A stretch of DNA of 62,848 nucleotides, counting the filler. It is 4 parts of 4 records of this genome, joined end to end, with 100 filler letters (N's around TTAATTAATTAA, not from the genome) between each part and the next. Parts side by side here need not be neighbours in the genome. Positions count along the whole stretch, not along the records: positions 1 to 29,741 come from SRR20825006_2409; positions 29,842 to 37,771 come from SRR20825006_2410; 2 more parts are not named here. The stretch is one strand, 5' to 3'. The number at the start of each line of letters is the position of its first letter. Positions within the stretch are counted from its first letter, which is position 1. The translations under genes were made by a program, and so were the position numbers. Under the pieces are notes generated by a model that did not search any database, was not told the DNA's origin, and saw nothing but the letters and a program-made list of their open reading frames with translations. Below are positions 20,057-31,137 of this stretch, one piece after another.

Positions 20057-20626
20057 TCACTTCACGACATGAATTACACCGCAAGCCAGCCGTGCGCCCG
20101 CTGCGCCTGATGGCTGAGACCGGTAATCATCCGACCCTGCGTGAATGACAATGGCGTGACCGTCGATGCCGATTTTGGCATCTGATAGATCCACCGCGGC
20201 ATTCAGTATCTGCGTTTTGAGTGTTCCGCTTGCGGGCACAAACTGGTTGGGCATATCACCGGCATGTGCTCCATTCACAGACAGATAACCATGAGCCTTT
20301 CCGTTTGGCGCAAAGTGACCGCCTGCTGATTTGAAGCCATCAGCAACACTGCAAGTCCCATTCTCGTGGACATGAAATGCATGCCAGGTATTGGGTTGAA
20401 GATCATTGATCTCAGCCTGAATGAGAACCCCTTCCGGGGTTTGTGTCAGCACGCCGGTACCAATACTTGAACCGTCGGTCGACAAAAACTCAACCGTCGC
20501 CTGTTGCATTGTCGTTTCGTGTATCATCCAGTCCGGCGACGTCACATCCGCAGCACAGGCCGACAGTGCAGCAAGGCAGGTTCCGGCTGCAGAAATTCCG
20601 ATCTTAAACAAATCAATTCTCCTCAT
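20057..20626 (-). CDS. sodC: Exported Cu/Zn superoxide dismutase
   Basis: HAFHVHE, GTC, AGGHF, HG, HAGDMPN, IVIH, DDY, GARLACGVI; N-terminal signal. Confidence 0.93.
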   Translation of the reverse strand: MRRIDLFKIGISAAGTCLAALSACAADVTSPDWMIHETTMQQATVEFLSTDGSSIGTGVLTQTPEGVLIQAEINDLQPNTWHAFHVHENGTCSVADGFKSAGGHFAPNGKAHGYLSVNGAHAGDMPNQFVPASGTLKTQILNAAVDLSDAKIGIDGHAIVIHAGSDDYRSQPSGAAGARLACGVIHVVK

Positions 20627-20816
20627 TCACCAATGAGAAAAATATCAAAAGAAAAAACGATACAAAAAACAATTATTAATATTTTATCTATTTATTTAAA
20701 TAAATAAACTTTATTGCGATATTAAAAATAAACTTAGATCAACATTCAAAAAACAATAATTCACAAGCTTTGATAAAAGCTCTTCGAATCGCACGTTTCT
20801 CGGTTCTGGATAGAAC

Positions 20817-21125
20817 TCAGATTTTCCAATCAAAGACGAGGATACCGGACTGTCCGCCAGCGGCCGCTTCCACAAGCTTATACCCGACTGCTTTGTGATC
20901 GGGATGATCGAGATAAGTGTCCCGCGCAGCTGCGTTTTCAAAGGTGACGACGAAGCCGTCCATATAGCCGCAGTCAAGGCCTTCCGGTGACACATTCGGA
21001 CCGGCTTTGACATCGATAATGCCGTCAATCACGGATTTCAGCGCCGCGATACCATCGTAAAGCGCCTGCTTTTCCTCCGGTTGAATTTCCGATCGAAAAC
21101 GAACAAGAACACAATGCATAATCAT
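20817..21125 (-). CDS. Dabb (stress-responsive alpha/beta barrel) protein
   Basis: MIMHCVLVRF, GPNVSPEG, GFVVTF, YLDHPDH. Confidence 0.88.
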   Translation of the reverse strand: MIMHCVLVRFRSEIQPEEKQALYDGIAALKSVIDGIIDVKAGPNVSPEGLDCGYMDGFVVTFENAAARDTYLDHPDHKAVGYKLVEAAAGGQSGILVFDWKI

Positions 21126-21167
21126 AAAGCAGGCCTCCCGGTTAAAAGCGCTTATCCTGGTAAGCGC

Positions 21168-21605
21168 TTACGATTTGTAGGGTTCCATTCCCTTGCGCGC
21201 CAGTTCATCGGCGCGTTCGTTCTCCTCGTGACCGGCATGTCCCTTCACCCAATGAAGCGTGACATCGTGCCGGTTGCGCTGCTCCTCCAGCAGCTGCCAG
21301 AGTTCAGCATTCTTGACAGGCTTTTTTGCGGCAGTCTTCCAGCCATTCTTTTTCCAGCCGTAAATCCACTTGCCAATACCATCCTTCAGATAGACACTGT
21401 CAGTATAAAGCTCGACGTCGCAAGGCTCTTTCAGTGCTTTCAGAGCTTCAATTGCAGCCATCAATTCCATGCGGTTATTGGTGGTATTCTTTTCACCGCC
21501 ACATAGATCACGCTCCTGCTCGCCATAACGCAGCACTGCACCCCAGCCACCGGGTCCAGGATTGCCCGAACAGGCCCCGTCAGTAAAAATCTCGACCTTC
21601 TTCAT
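21168..21605 (-). CDS. rnhA: Ribonuclease HI
   Basis: [39 protein letters not shown]. Confidence 0.98.
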   Translation of the reverse strand: MKKVEIFTDGACSGNPGPGGWGAVLRYGEQERDLCGGEKNTTNNRMELMAAIEALKALKEPCDVELYTDSVYLKDGIGKWIYGWKKNGWKTAAKKPVKNAELWQLLEEQRNRHDVTLHWVKGHAGHEENERADELARKGMEPYKS

Positions 21606-22570
21606 GACCGGGACAGCCCATATTCGCTGGCACTTCTCACCGAGCGATGGAACCGAAGATAGCGCAGATATTCCAACGGATCCTTTTTCACCACCATGGC
21701 ACCTTCCGGTGTTGTCAGCCAGTCATAAAGCCGCGTCAGAAAGAACCTGAGCGCTGCGCCACGCGCCAGAAGCGGCAGGGCCTCGATCTCGGCATCGCTC
21801 AAAGGGCGGACAGACTGATACCCTTCAATCAGCGCTCGCGCCTTGGTGACATTGAATGCACCGTCCTTTTCAAAACACCAGGCATTCAGGCAGACCGCCA
21901 GATCATAGGCCAGAAAATCATTACAGGCGAAGTAAAAATCGATCAGCCCCGATAGCTCATCGCCAATGAAAAACACATTGTCCGGGAAAAGATCAGCGTG
22001 GATCACGCCTCCCGGAAGATCGACCGGCCAGTTATCTTCCAGCGCTGCCAGTTCATTGGTGATCTCATCTTCCAATCCGGGCTGAACCGCATCGGCACTG
22101 ATGGCAGACTTGTCCCAAAGTTCGACCCAGCCTTTCAGCGACAATGCGTTTTCCCGCCGGATAGCAAAATCCTGTCCGGCCAGATGCATTTTTGCCATCG
22201 CCACACCGACCTCACGGCAGTGTCCGGCTTCGGGCTTCCTGAGCCACATACCTTCCAGAAAGGAGATCAACGCTGCCGACCGGCCGCAAAGGCGCCCGTA
22301 AAGCGCACCATCATGCCTTGGAAGTGGCAGCGGGCACGAAAGCCCCTGTTCCGCCAAGTGCTGCATCAACCCAAGATAGAACGGCAGATCCCCCTCATCC
22401 ACGCGCTTCTCGTAAAGCGTCAGGATCAAAGGCTCCCGGTCAGTATGCAATAGAAAATTGGAGTTCTCGACACCTTCTGCAATGCCCTTGAAGGACAGAA
22501 GTTCACCAGCATCATAGGCTTTGAGGAAGTCTTTCAGATCAACCTCATTGATTTCGGTATAAACTGCCAC
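21602..22570 (-). CDS. thrB: Homoserine kinase type II
   Basis: [45 protein letters not shown]; ispH-thrB-rnhA synteny. Confidence 0.95.
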   Translation of the reverse strand: MAVYTEINEVDLKDFLKAYDAGELLSFKGIAEGVENSNFLLHTDREPLILTLYEKRVDEGDLPFYLGLMQHLAEQGLSCPLPLPRHDGALYGRLCGRSAALISFLEGMWLRKPEAGHCREVGVAMAKMHLAGQDFAIRRENALSLKGWVELWDKSAISADAVQPGLEDEITNELAALEDNWPVDLPGGVIHADLFPDNVFFIGDELSGLIDFYFACNDFLAYDLAVCLNAWCFEKDGAFNVTKARALIEGYQSVRPLSDAEIEALPLLARGAALRFFLTRLYDWLTTPEGAMVVKKDPLEYLRYLRFHRSVRSASEYGLSRS

Positions 22571-22574
22571 CTGA

Positions 22575-23570
22575 TTATTTTCCGTTTACAAAAGCCATAT
22601 CATCAACCGTCAGCGCGACATCGCGCAGTTCGCGGTTGACCAGGAAATGTTCGTTTTCGACGGTCGTTTCGGCCAGTTCGACGGTTGCATCAAACCGCGC
22701 CTTGAAAGCCTCGATAATTTCGTTGACGACGACTTCCGGCGCAGAGGCCCCTGCCGAAATACCGAGCGTGCCGATCTCGCCGATCTCGTCAAAGTTCAGC
22801 TCAGAGGCCCGCTGCACCAGCATCGAGCGCGTGGCACCGGCACGCAGCGCCACCTCAACCAGACGCCGCGAATTGGATGAATTCGGCGCACCGACAACGA
22901 TAAAAAGATCACACCCCGGTGCGGCGGCAGAAACAGCTTCCTGACGATTGGTCGTGGCATAACAAATCGAGTCAGCTGATGGCGCCGTCAAATTGGGGAA
23001 ACGTTCCTTGAGTTTGGCGATCACCGCTGCCGTATCCTGCACAGAAAGTGTGGTCTGGGTCACAAAGCCCAGATTATCCGGATCAGCTGGTTCATATCTT
23101 TCAGCATCTTCAACCGTTTCCACCAGCGAAACCGCACCTTCCGGCAGTTGTCCCATTGTACCGATCACCTCCGGGTGTCCGGCATGGCCGATCAGCACGA
23201 CGTGGCGGCCCAACCGTTCATGCCGCATCGCCTGCTTGTGCACTTTGGAAACCAGCGGGCAGGTCGCATCCAGATAGAACAGATTGCGGTTTTCCGCATC
23301 GGCAGGCACCGATTTCGGCACGCCATGGGCCGAAAAAACCACTGGCTGATCCCGATGTTCCAGTGGAATCTCGTCCAGTTCCTCGACAAAAACGGCCCCC
23401 CTGGCTTCCAGGCCTTCCACAACGTAGCGGTTATGGACGATCTCGTGGCGGACATAGACAGGAGCACCATAGCGCTTCAGCGCCAGCACCACGATCTGAA
23501 TGGCGCGGTCGACGCCGGCGCAGAAACCACGCGGCCCGCAAAGGCGGATTTGAAGCGGTGATAGGGTCAT
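22575..23570 (-). CDS. ispH: 4-hydroxy-3-methylbut-2-enyl diphosphate reductase
   Basis: [52 protein letters not shown]; start MTLSP (23570). Confidence 0.97.
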   Translation of the reverse strand: MTLSPLQIRLCGPRGFCAGVDRAIQIVVLALKRYGAPVYVRHEIVHNRYVVEGLEARGAVFVEELDEIPLEHRDQPVVFSAHGVPKSVPADAENRNLFYLDATCPLVSKVHKQAMRHERLGRHVVLIGHAGHPEVIGTMGQLPEGAVSLVETVEDAERYEPADPDNLGFVTQTTLSVQDTAAVIAKLKERFPNLTAPSADSICYATTNRQEAVSAAAPGCDLFIVVGAPNSSNSRRLVEVALRAGATRSMLVQRASELNFDEIGEIGTLGISAGASAPEVVVNEIIEAFKARFDATVELAETTVENEHFLVNRELRDVALTVDDMAFVNGK

Positions 23571-23663
23571 AGAGCGGCCTTTCGGCTCCCGGTCACGGTA
23601 CAATGAAGAACAGGGCTGCTTGATACCGGCCCCTTGGCTTTGAGACAAGCCCGAACTCGCTGC

Positions 23664-24152
23664 TCAGACGTTCTCCAAAAGCTGCGGTAACTGATACCAA
23701 TGATGCCGGTCCCGTGTCCAATGCCCATTTGCCCCCGATGTGGATGGCAGCACGATAATCCGGGCTCCATCCAGCATTTCCGCCTGCAGGCCGCAGCCAA
23801 CGCGCCGGTTGTTAAAATAAATACGCCCTGCGTTCAGACTGGAGAACGCGATCACTCGTGGGCGAAAATGCAGCATTTTCTGGCGAAAACCGATAATATC
23901 AAAACCATCGGATGTCAGTTCGCGATCCATCCCGCTTTCACTTTGATTGAGGTCCGTCAGCCCGATGCCATCATTCAAAAGACTGCGGAAACTCTCCGGT
24001 GAAATCTGCCGGTTTGTCAGCCCGATCTCATGGAGCACCTTATAGAATCTGTTGGAGGGATTGGCATAGAACGAACCGGTACGCGCAGATATTCTGCCCT
24101 TCGCGGTTCCGCAGAAAACAACGTTCAGGTCATGTTCAAGCAGATCGACCAT
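23664..24152 (-). CDS. mug: Mismatch-specific uracil/thymine DNA glycosylase (UDG family 2, GTA-motif variant)
   Basis: DLNVVFCGTAKG, FYANPSNRFY, GIGLTDL, VLPSTSGAN; start MVDLL (24152) overlaps the SURF1 stop. Confidence 0.85.
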   Translation of the reverse strand: MVDLLEHDLNVVFCGTAKGRISARTGSFYANPSNRFYKVLHEIGLTNRQISPESFRSLLNDGIGLTDLNQSESGMDRELTSDGFDIIGFRQKMLHFRPRVIAFSSLNAGRIYFNNRRVGCGLQAEMLDGARIIVLPSTSGANGHWTRDRHHWYQLPQLLENV

Positions 24153-24888
24153 CACGCCACCGCCTGACGATGAGAGCACCGACACCAATCGCCAACACCG
24201 CCGCCAGACCATACCATGTCAGTGCATATTGCAGGTGGCTGTTCGGAAAGGAAAGCCGTGTGACACCGCCAGCGGGCAGACCGCCGGCATTGGGTGCATC
24301 ATTGGCATCAATGAAAAACGGCAGAACGTTCGCATCATCCAGCCCACTTGCCGTAATCATCGCATCCAGATCTTTCCAGTAATAAATGTTCTGGATCAGG
24401 TCATTGTCGGGAACGACAAAGGACGGCCTGCCCGAAAGCCGATCACGCGCAAGACCGTCAACCGTAACATGGCCCTCAACCTGCCCCTCCATCCGCGTTT
24501 CGGGTGTCTTCATATCGAACGGCACAAAGCCACGATTAATGAAGATAAAGCGCCCGTCATCCAGTTTCAGCGGCGTATAAACATAATAGCCCGACTGGCC
24601 GTTGAAGGTCGCGAAAAAGTGCCGCTCCTGATCATGCAGAAAACGTCCGGAAACCGTGACAGGCCGGTACTCGATATCCTGACCGTCAGTTTTCATAGCC
24701 TCGATTTCAGAAAGTGAAACCGGTGCCTGATGAAGCCGGGTTTCAACCGATGACAGCAAATTCTGCTTCCAATCAAGACGCCGCATCTGCCAGTTGCCAA
24801 GCAGGATCAGACAGACAAAGGCAACGCCGGCCAAAACCAGAACAGCAATCCGCAGCGGCGACATCCCACCGGCAGTACTTTTAGTCAT
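24136..24888 (-). CDS. SURF1/Shy1 cytochrome c oxidase assembly protein
   Basis: LGNWQMRRLDWK, INRGFVP, NSHLQYALTWY. Confidence 0.95.
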   Translation of the reverse strand: MTKSTAGGMSPLRIAVLVLAGVAFVCLILLGNWQMRRLDWKQNLLSSVETRLHQAPVSLSEIEAMKTDGQDIEYRPVTVSGRFLHDQERHFFATFNGQSGYYVYTPLKLDDGRFIFINRGFVPFDMKTPETRMEGQVEGHVTVDGLARDRLSGRPSFVVPDNDLIQNIYYWKDLDAMITASGLDDANVLPFFIDANDAPNAGGLPAGGVTRLSFPNSHLQYALTWYGLAAVLAIGVGALIVRRWRDGRSA

Positions 24889-25273
24889 CTTCACGCCTGT
24901 CGATGATACCCTCTGCCGCGCGATGACGGTATTGCAATGCAATCAGAACGCCCTTGAAGGCACGCAGTGCCCCAAGGGACAGAGCGATCGTCAGCGGCGC
25001 CCAGATAACGATATGAAGCCAGAGTGGCGGCGACCATTTCACCTCGGACCAAAGCACGAGCGCGATGACGAAGAAACCGACAGCAAACATGACAAACACC
25101 GCCGGACCGTCGCCGGAATCGGCAAAGCTGTAATCAAGTTCACAACGATCACATTTTGGTTTCAGTGTCAGAAAACCATCGAAAAGCCCGCCCTCGCCGC
25201 AACGCGGACAAGCCCCCTTGAGACCGCCGAGAATATACTGCCCGGTGGAACGCTGACTGTCGTTTTCATGCAT
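24881..25273 (-). CDS. DUF983 family membrane protein
   Basis: CPRCGEGGLF, CDRC, DSGDGPA, KGVLIALQY; usual neighbour of surf1. Confidence 0.9.
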   Translation of the reverse strand: MHENDSQRSTGQYILGGLKGACPRCGEGGLFDGFLTLKPKCDRCELDYSFADSGDGPAVFVMFAVGFFVIALVLWSEVKWSPPLWLHIVIWAPLTIALSLGALRAFKGVLIALQYRHRAAEGIIDRREDD

Positions 25274-25305
25274 GGTCAATCCGATCACCCTATCAGCAGT
25301 AGAAA

Positions 25306-25584
25306 CTACTGAACGACATCATTCCACTCTGCGTGGCGCAGGCTCTGCGCCTTGAAGAACGGGCAAAGCGGAATGATCCTCCAGCCACCCTCTCGGGCGC
25401 GCTCAACCGCATGTTCAGCCAAAGCCTGACCGACACCTTTGCCACGAAGGGCATCCGGAACACCGGTATGATCGATAATAATCAGGTGTTCCGAAGCGCG
25501 TGAAAAGGTCATTTCCGCCTCGTGCCCCTCGACATGCGTGACATAGCGCCCGCCGCTGCCAGTCTTTTCCTCGGTGATTTTAAT
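25306..25584 (-). CDS. YjdJ-like small GNAT acetyltransferase (start codon unresolved, possibly ATT)
   Basis: IIDHTGVPDALRGKGVG, IIPLCPF; the track's start at 25683 lies inside coxC. Confidence 0.8.
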   Translation of the reverse strand: MKITEEKTGSGGRYVTHVEGHEAEMTFSRASEHLIIIDHTGVPDALRGKGVGQALAEHAVERAREGGWRIIPLCPFFKAQSLRHAEWNDVVQ

Positions 25585-25603
25585 GTTCCTGCCTTCCTCA
25601 ATC

Positions 25604-26488
25604 CTAATGGCCGGTTTCTGCAATCGGCGCGCCCCAGCCGCCCCAGATATAAATCGAGAAGAACAGGAACAGCCAGACAACATCGACGAAATGCCAGTAC
25701 CAGGCAGCAGCTTCCAGCCCGAAATGTTTTTCGGGTGTGAATGCGCCTTTGGACGCCCGTATCAGACAGACAATCAGAAAGACCGTCCCCACGATCACAT
25801 GAAATCCATGAAAACCGGTCGCCATGAAGAAAGTGGCGCCATAAATCGAATTCTTGAAGGCAAATGGTGCTTCAAGATATTCGTAAGCCTGAACGCAGGT
25901 AAACAGGAAACCCAGAACCACTGTCAGTGTAAGCCCCTGAATGAGGCCTTTGCGGTCACCATGCAGAAGCGCGTGATGCGCCCAGGTCAGCGTCGTGCCC
26001 GACAGCAAAAGGATAACAGTGTTGTAAAGTGGATAATGCCAGGGATCGATCACTTCGATACCTGTGGGTGGCCAAGTTCCGCCAGTTACCTCTGCACGCG
26101 TTGCCTGAATAGCCTCTCCGGTGAACAGGCTGGCATCGAAGAACGCCCAGAACCAGGCGACAAAGAACATCACCTCAGAGGCGATGAACATGATCATGCC
26201 ATAGCGCAAATGCAGCGACACGACAGGCGTATGATGACCTTCCCGACCTTCCTTGATCGTGTCGGCCCACCATTCATAAAGCACATAGGCCACCAGTACG
26301 AGCCCGATGAAGAACAGCCACGGCTGCGCCAGTTCAAGACCCAAAAGCTTGAACGAGCCGCCGCTGAGATAACGCATATATCCAACACCGCCAAAGGCCA
26401 TGACGAACACGCCGATAGAGGCGACGAGCGGCCACGGGCTTGGCTCGATGATGTGATAATCGTGGTTCTTCTGATGCGCGTTTGCCAT
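25604..26488 (-). CDS. ctaE: Cytochrome c oxidase subunit III
   Basis: HDYHII.PSPWP, FIASEVMFF, NTVILLLSG, ATGFHGFHV, AAWYWHFVDVVWLFLF. Confidence 0.97.
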   Translation of the reverse strand: MANAHQKNHDYHIIEPSPWPLVASIGVFVMAFGGVGYMRYLSGGSFKLLGLELAQPWLFFIGLVLVAYVLYEWWADTIKEGREGHHTPVVSLHLRYGMIMFIASEVMFFVAWFWAFFDASLFTGEAIQATRAEVTGGTWPPTGIEVIDPWHYPLYNTVILLLSGTTLTWAHHALLHGDRKGLIQGLTLTVVLGFLFTCVQAYEYLEAPFAFKNSIYGATFFMATGFHGFHVIVGTVFLIVCLIRASKGAFTPEKHFGLEAAAWYWHFVDVVWLFLFFSIYIWGGWGAPIAETGH

Positions 26489-26603
26489 TTAAGTCCCCGT
26501 TTCCTCTCTCCCGACGGCAGTTTGATGCCAAAAAGCCGTCCTTTCAATCCCCGTTTATGGTCCGGTCCGCCGCTTCTCCCCGAAAAGCATTTCCTTTCCG
26601 AAC

Positions 26604-27194
26604 TTATATCTTGCTGCCGTTTTCGCCCTTAACCCGCGCAGCCACCGGGCGCTCATGCTCAAAAAACGTATAAGACAACGTCAATACCCGGATATCCTTG
26701 GTTTCCTCGGCTTCGGTGATGGCCGGATCAACAAAGAACACCACAGGCATATCGAGCGTTTCTCCGGGCTGAAGCTCGGTTTCGGTGAAACAGAAACATT
26801 CAACCTTGTTGAAATAAGCCCCGGCCTGAAGCGGAGTCACATTGAAAATCGCCTGCCCGTTGATCGGCTGATCGCTGGTATTGGTTGCAGTGAAAGAGAC
26901 CTGAACCGTCTCACCGATTCTCGGTGAAACCGAAGGCTGATCAGCCCTGAATTCCCAGTCAAGACCCGGCGCCGTGTTGGCATCAAAAGTGACCTTGATG
27001 CGCTTGTCGAGAATGGTGTTCGAATACTGTTCGGTCCGGCTGATTGTGCCGTTATAGCCAGTGACCTGACAGAATATCCGATAGAGCGGGACAGCAGCGA
27101 AGCTCATCGCCGTCATGCCGAAGACGAAGGCAAGGCACATTAAAACAATGGCGCCATTGTTGCGTTGCCGCGTTTTTCCACCCTCCTCCGTCAT
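26604..27194 (-). CDS. ctaG: Cytochrome c oxidase Cu(B) assembly protein CtaG/Cox11
   Basis: [39 protein letters not shown]. Confidence 0.96.
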   Translation of the reverse strand: MTEEGGKTRQRNNGAIVLMCLAFVFGMTAMSFAAVPLYRIFCQVTGYNGTISRTEQYSNTILDKRIKVTFDANTAPGLDWEFRADQPSVSPRIGETVQVSFTATNTSDQPINGQAIFNVTPLQAGAYFNKVECFCFTETELQPGETLDMPVVFFVDPAITEAEETKDIRVLTLSYTFFEHERPVAARVKGENGSKI

Positions 27195-27205
27195 AAACTC
27201 ACTCC

Positions 27206-27340
27206 TCAGTTCGCACCGATCTTGACCATGGTTATGACGTAAAACAGCACAACCAGCGCAGCGAGGACGATACCAAGCGCGATGTTGCGCCCGCGCCGTG
27301 CCTTCTTCTGCTTCTCTGTCAGTTTGACCGTCTCAATCAT
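27206..27340 (-). CDS. Small single-TM protein, CoxF-like (44 aa; absent from the ORF track)
   Basis: Manual translation: [44 protein letters not shown]; fills the ctaB-ctaG gap, where rhizobial cox operons carry coxF. Confidence 0.8.
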   Translation of the reverse strand: MIETVKLTEKQKKARRGRNIALGIVLAALVVLFYVITMVKIGAN

Positions 27341-27356
27341 GAAACATAACCATTTC

Positions 27357-28292
27357 TCAGCTCATCATGAGTGCAACCGCGCGGTCGGCAATCAACCCCG
27401 CAAAGATCGCAAACAGGTAAAAAATCGAAAAACCGAACAGCTTTTTCGCCGGAATCATTTTCTCATCCGTTTCCGGCATTTGCCACACACGGATAGAACC
27501 ATAGACGAAATAAGCACCCAAGAGCCCGGCAAATACAGCATAGACCGGGCTGGCAAGTCCCGTTAGCGCCGGTGCAATGCCGGCAATCGCCGTCAGCACC
27601 GCGTAAACGAACATCTGCCGCTTGGTCTTAGCCTGACCGGCGACATTTGGCATCATCGGGATGCCAACATCGCCGTAATCGCGCATCTTGAACAAAGCCA
27701 GCGCCCAGAAATGCGGTGGCGTCCACAAGAACGTAATCGAAAACAGGATGATACTGTCAATCGAGACCCCGCCGGTCACACATGCCCAGCCGATCATCGG
27801 CGGAAAAGCCCCGGCTGCGCCGCCGATCACGATGTTCTGCGGCGTCGAACGCTTCAGCCAGACCGTGTAAAACAGCGCGTAATAAACAATTGTGAAGGCC
27901 AACAGGAAAGCAGCGAACCAATTCACTGCAAGGCCAAGCGTGACAACCGAAAAGAATGAAAGCGCAACGCCAAAAGCCAGTGCTTCACCGGGCCGGATAC
28001 GCCCGCTTGGAATCGGCCGGTTTGCCGTGCGCGTCATGATGGAATCAATGTCAGCGTCGTACCACATATTGAGAGCACCGGATGCCCCCGCGCCAATAGC
28101 GATACAGAGAATGGCGATGGCCCCCATGACCGGGTTCATTCCACCTGGCGCAAGGAACAGGCCGGCAAAGGCCGTAAAAACCACGAGCGACATCACACGC
28201 GGCTTCAGGAGTTCGAAATAATCCCGCGCGGTGGCTTCCGAAAGCCCTGTGTCGGAAGAGGCATAGCCGACCTCGTCGTTCAGTACTGTCAT
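27357..28292 (-). CDS. ctaB: Heme O synthase (protoheme IX farnesyltransferase)
   Basis: [50 protein letters not shown]; start MTVLN (28292). Confidence 0.96.
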   Translation of the reverse strand: MTVLNDEVGYASSDTGLSEATARDYFELLKPRVMSLVVFTAFAGLFLAPGGMNPVMGAIAILCIAIGAGASGALNMWYDADIDSIMTRTANRPIPSGRIRPGEALAFGVALSFFSVVTLGLAVNWFAAFLLAFTIVYYALFYTVWLKRSTPQNIVIGGAAGAFPPMIGWACVTGGVSIDSIILFSITFLWTPPHFWALALFKMRDYGDVGIPMMPNVAGQAKTKRQMFVYAVLTAIAGIAPALTGLASPVYAVFAGLLGAYFVYGSIRVWQMPETDEKMIPAKKLFGFSIFYLFAIFAGLIADRAVALMMS

Positions 28293-28319
28293 TCGCTTCT
28301 CTATGCGCCCTGTTAAAAG

Positions 28320-28353
28320 CGGTTGCGCATCCGGACCGCCGGACGCGCAACCG
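28320..28353 (-). terminator. Strong intra-operon hairpin between ctaD and ctaB
   Basis: Minus strand reads CGGTTGCGCGTCCGG-CGGT-CCGGATGCGCAACCG followed by CTTTT. Confidence 0.6.
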
Positions 28354-28375
28354 TTATATGTTGAATGTGCCCTGA

Positions 28376-29741
<1,366 letters not shown>

Positions 29742-29841
29742 NNNNNNNNNNNNNNNNNNNNNNNNNNNNNNNNNNNNNNNNNNNNTTAATTAATTAANNN
29801 NNNNNNNNNNNNNNNNNNNNNNNNNNNNNNNNNNNNNNNNN
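29742..29841. other. Artificial contig spacer
   Basis: 44 N + TTAATTAATTAA (29786-29797; stop codons in all six frames) + 44 N. Confidence 0.97.
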
Positions 29842-29963
29842 CCGATCAGTACGGCTGCCATAATTGCGTACTCGATGGCACTTGCGCCGCGCTCATCATC
29901 GCGAAATTTAGCCAGGGAACCAGAAAAAATCTGCATCAACAATACTTGAATTTGCACTAACAT
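29842..29963 (-). CDS. flp: Flp-family type IVb prepilin (3' truncated; absent from the ORF track)
   Basis: Manual translation: MLVQIQVLLMQIFSGSLAKFRDDERG/ASAIEYAIMAAVLI..., with Gly-1, Glu+5, Tyr+6 of the Flp motif; GGAG RBS at 29974-29971. Confidence 0.85.
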
Positions 29964-30105
29964 AGTTACACTCCATGGTAAAAGAAAGCGGTCGAGTCTA
30001 ATAACGCCCTGTTGACCGTGTTGTTACTTTGCTATTTGCACAGATTAAAAAAAATAAGTATTTGCCGTAGAGGCGAGCATCTACCCCCAGTTAGGATAGT
30101 AGAAA

Positions 30106-30549
30106 TTGAGTGACATAGGTATACGAAAGAAAGCAATGGATTTATTGGCCCGACGGGAGCACAGCCGTAAGGAGTTAGTGGCCAAGTTGGCGCAGCGCTT
30201 TCCCAGTTGTGAGGCGGACATTGCGATAGTTGTGGAGCGCTTGGCCCTCGAGCGGCTGCAAAGTGATCAGCGTTTTGCCGAAAGCTATCTGCGGATGAGA
30301 GCAAATAGTGGCTTTGGCCCCTCGCGTATTCGCATGGAACTGCGCGACCGCGGTGTTTCAGAAACGATTATCGATGAGGCGTTTGCTGATGCCGGTTTCG
30401 ACTGGTTTGAGCAATTGCAGAGTGTTTACCAAAAAAAATACGCCGATGTTCCACCCAAAGATCGGCGGGAGCTGGCCAAACGGCAGCGATTTCTTCATCA
30501 TCGTGGCTTCGACGCAGAGTCCATCCGGCGCGTGTGTAGAACTGCATAA
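30106..30549 (+). CDS. recX: Recombination regulator RecX
   Basis: AMDLLARREHS..EL..KL, SDQRFAESY, GPSRIRMEL..RGV, RFL..RGF. Confidence 0.95.
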   Translation: MSDIGIRKKAMDLLARREHSRKELVAKLAQRFPSCEADIAIVVERLALERLQSDQRFAESYLRMRANSGFGPSRIRMELRDRGVSETIIDEAFADAGFDWFEQLQSVYQKKYADVPPKDRRELAKRQRFLHHRGFDAESIRRVCRTA

Positions 30550-30605
30550 CGATGTTGCACCGAGAAGTACTCTGTTTGGGACAGATTCATTGAAAGGAAT
30601 AATGA

Positions 30606-31028
30606 ATGTTGATTCGCTCTATCTCGATTCTTTTTTTCAGCACATGGGTGCTGGTGATGCCGGCTCAAGCGGCAGAGGCGCTTAGCAGTGCCAGCATCGC
30701 TGCCCTGGCGGACAAGCTGGAGCTCACTAGCCAGCAACGCGAGCAGGTTAATAAGTTGATTGTCCGCTATGCGGCAAAAGCAGCCGAGTTACAAAAAGAA
30801 AGCGTCGCACTTAGACAAGATATGCAGCTACAACCGCTACCGGAAATGACGCGCAGTACCATTGCTGCAATGAGCCAGCGGGCGGGGTCTGTTGCGGCCC
30901 GCCACACGGGGTCAATTCTCCAGACGCAAATGGAATTTTACGGCTTGCTCACGCCCTCCCAACAGGCAGAGTATCGAAGACTGCGCAAAGCTGGCCAAGA
31001 AAAAACCGGAGTCTCTGCGGCGCAGTGA
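30606..31028 (+). CDS. Spy/CpxP-family periplasmic protein
   Basis: Signal peptide ending AQA; two LTxxQ motifs (LELTSQQ, LLTPSQQ); helical composition. Confidence 0.8.
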   Translation: MLIRSISILFFSTWVLVMPAQAAEALSSASIAALADKLELTSQQREQVNKLIVRYAAKAAELQKESVALRQDMQLQPLPEMTRSTIAAMSQRAGSVAARHTGSILQTQMEFYGLLTPSQQAEYRRLRKAGQEKTGVSAAQ

Positions 31029-31137
31029 GCCTATAGTGGTTGCTGAAATCACGGTTTGTACCTAGATAGCGTCGACGCTGGGTCACGTAGTATTCGCAAG
31101 GATAGCGAGCTGCAATGGGCAGTAAATTAATGGAGCT

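Noticed and set aside
29786..29797. TTAATTAATTAA repeated three times in the window as a possible biological repeat or att site
   Set aside because: Always centred in exactly 44+44 Ns; it is a six-frame-stop linker added during concatenation.
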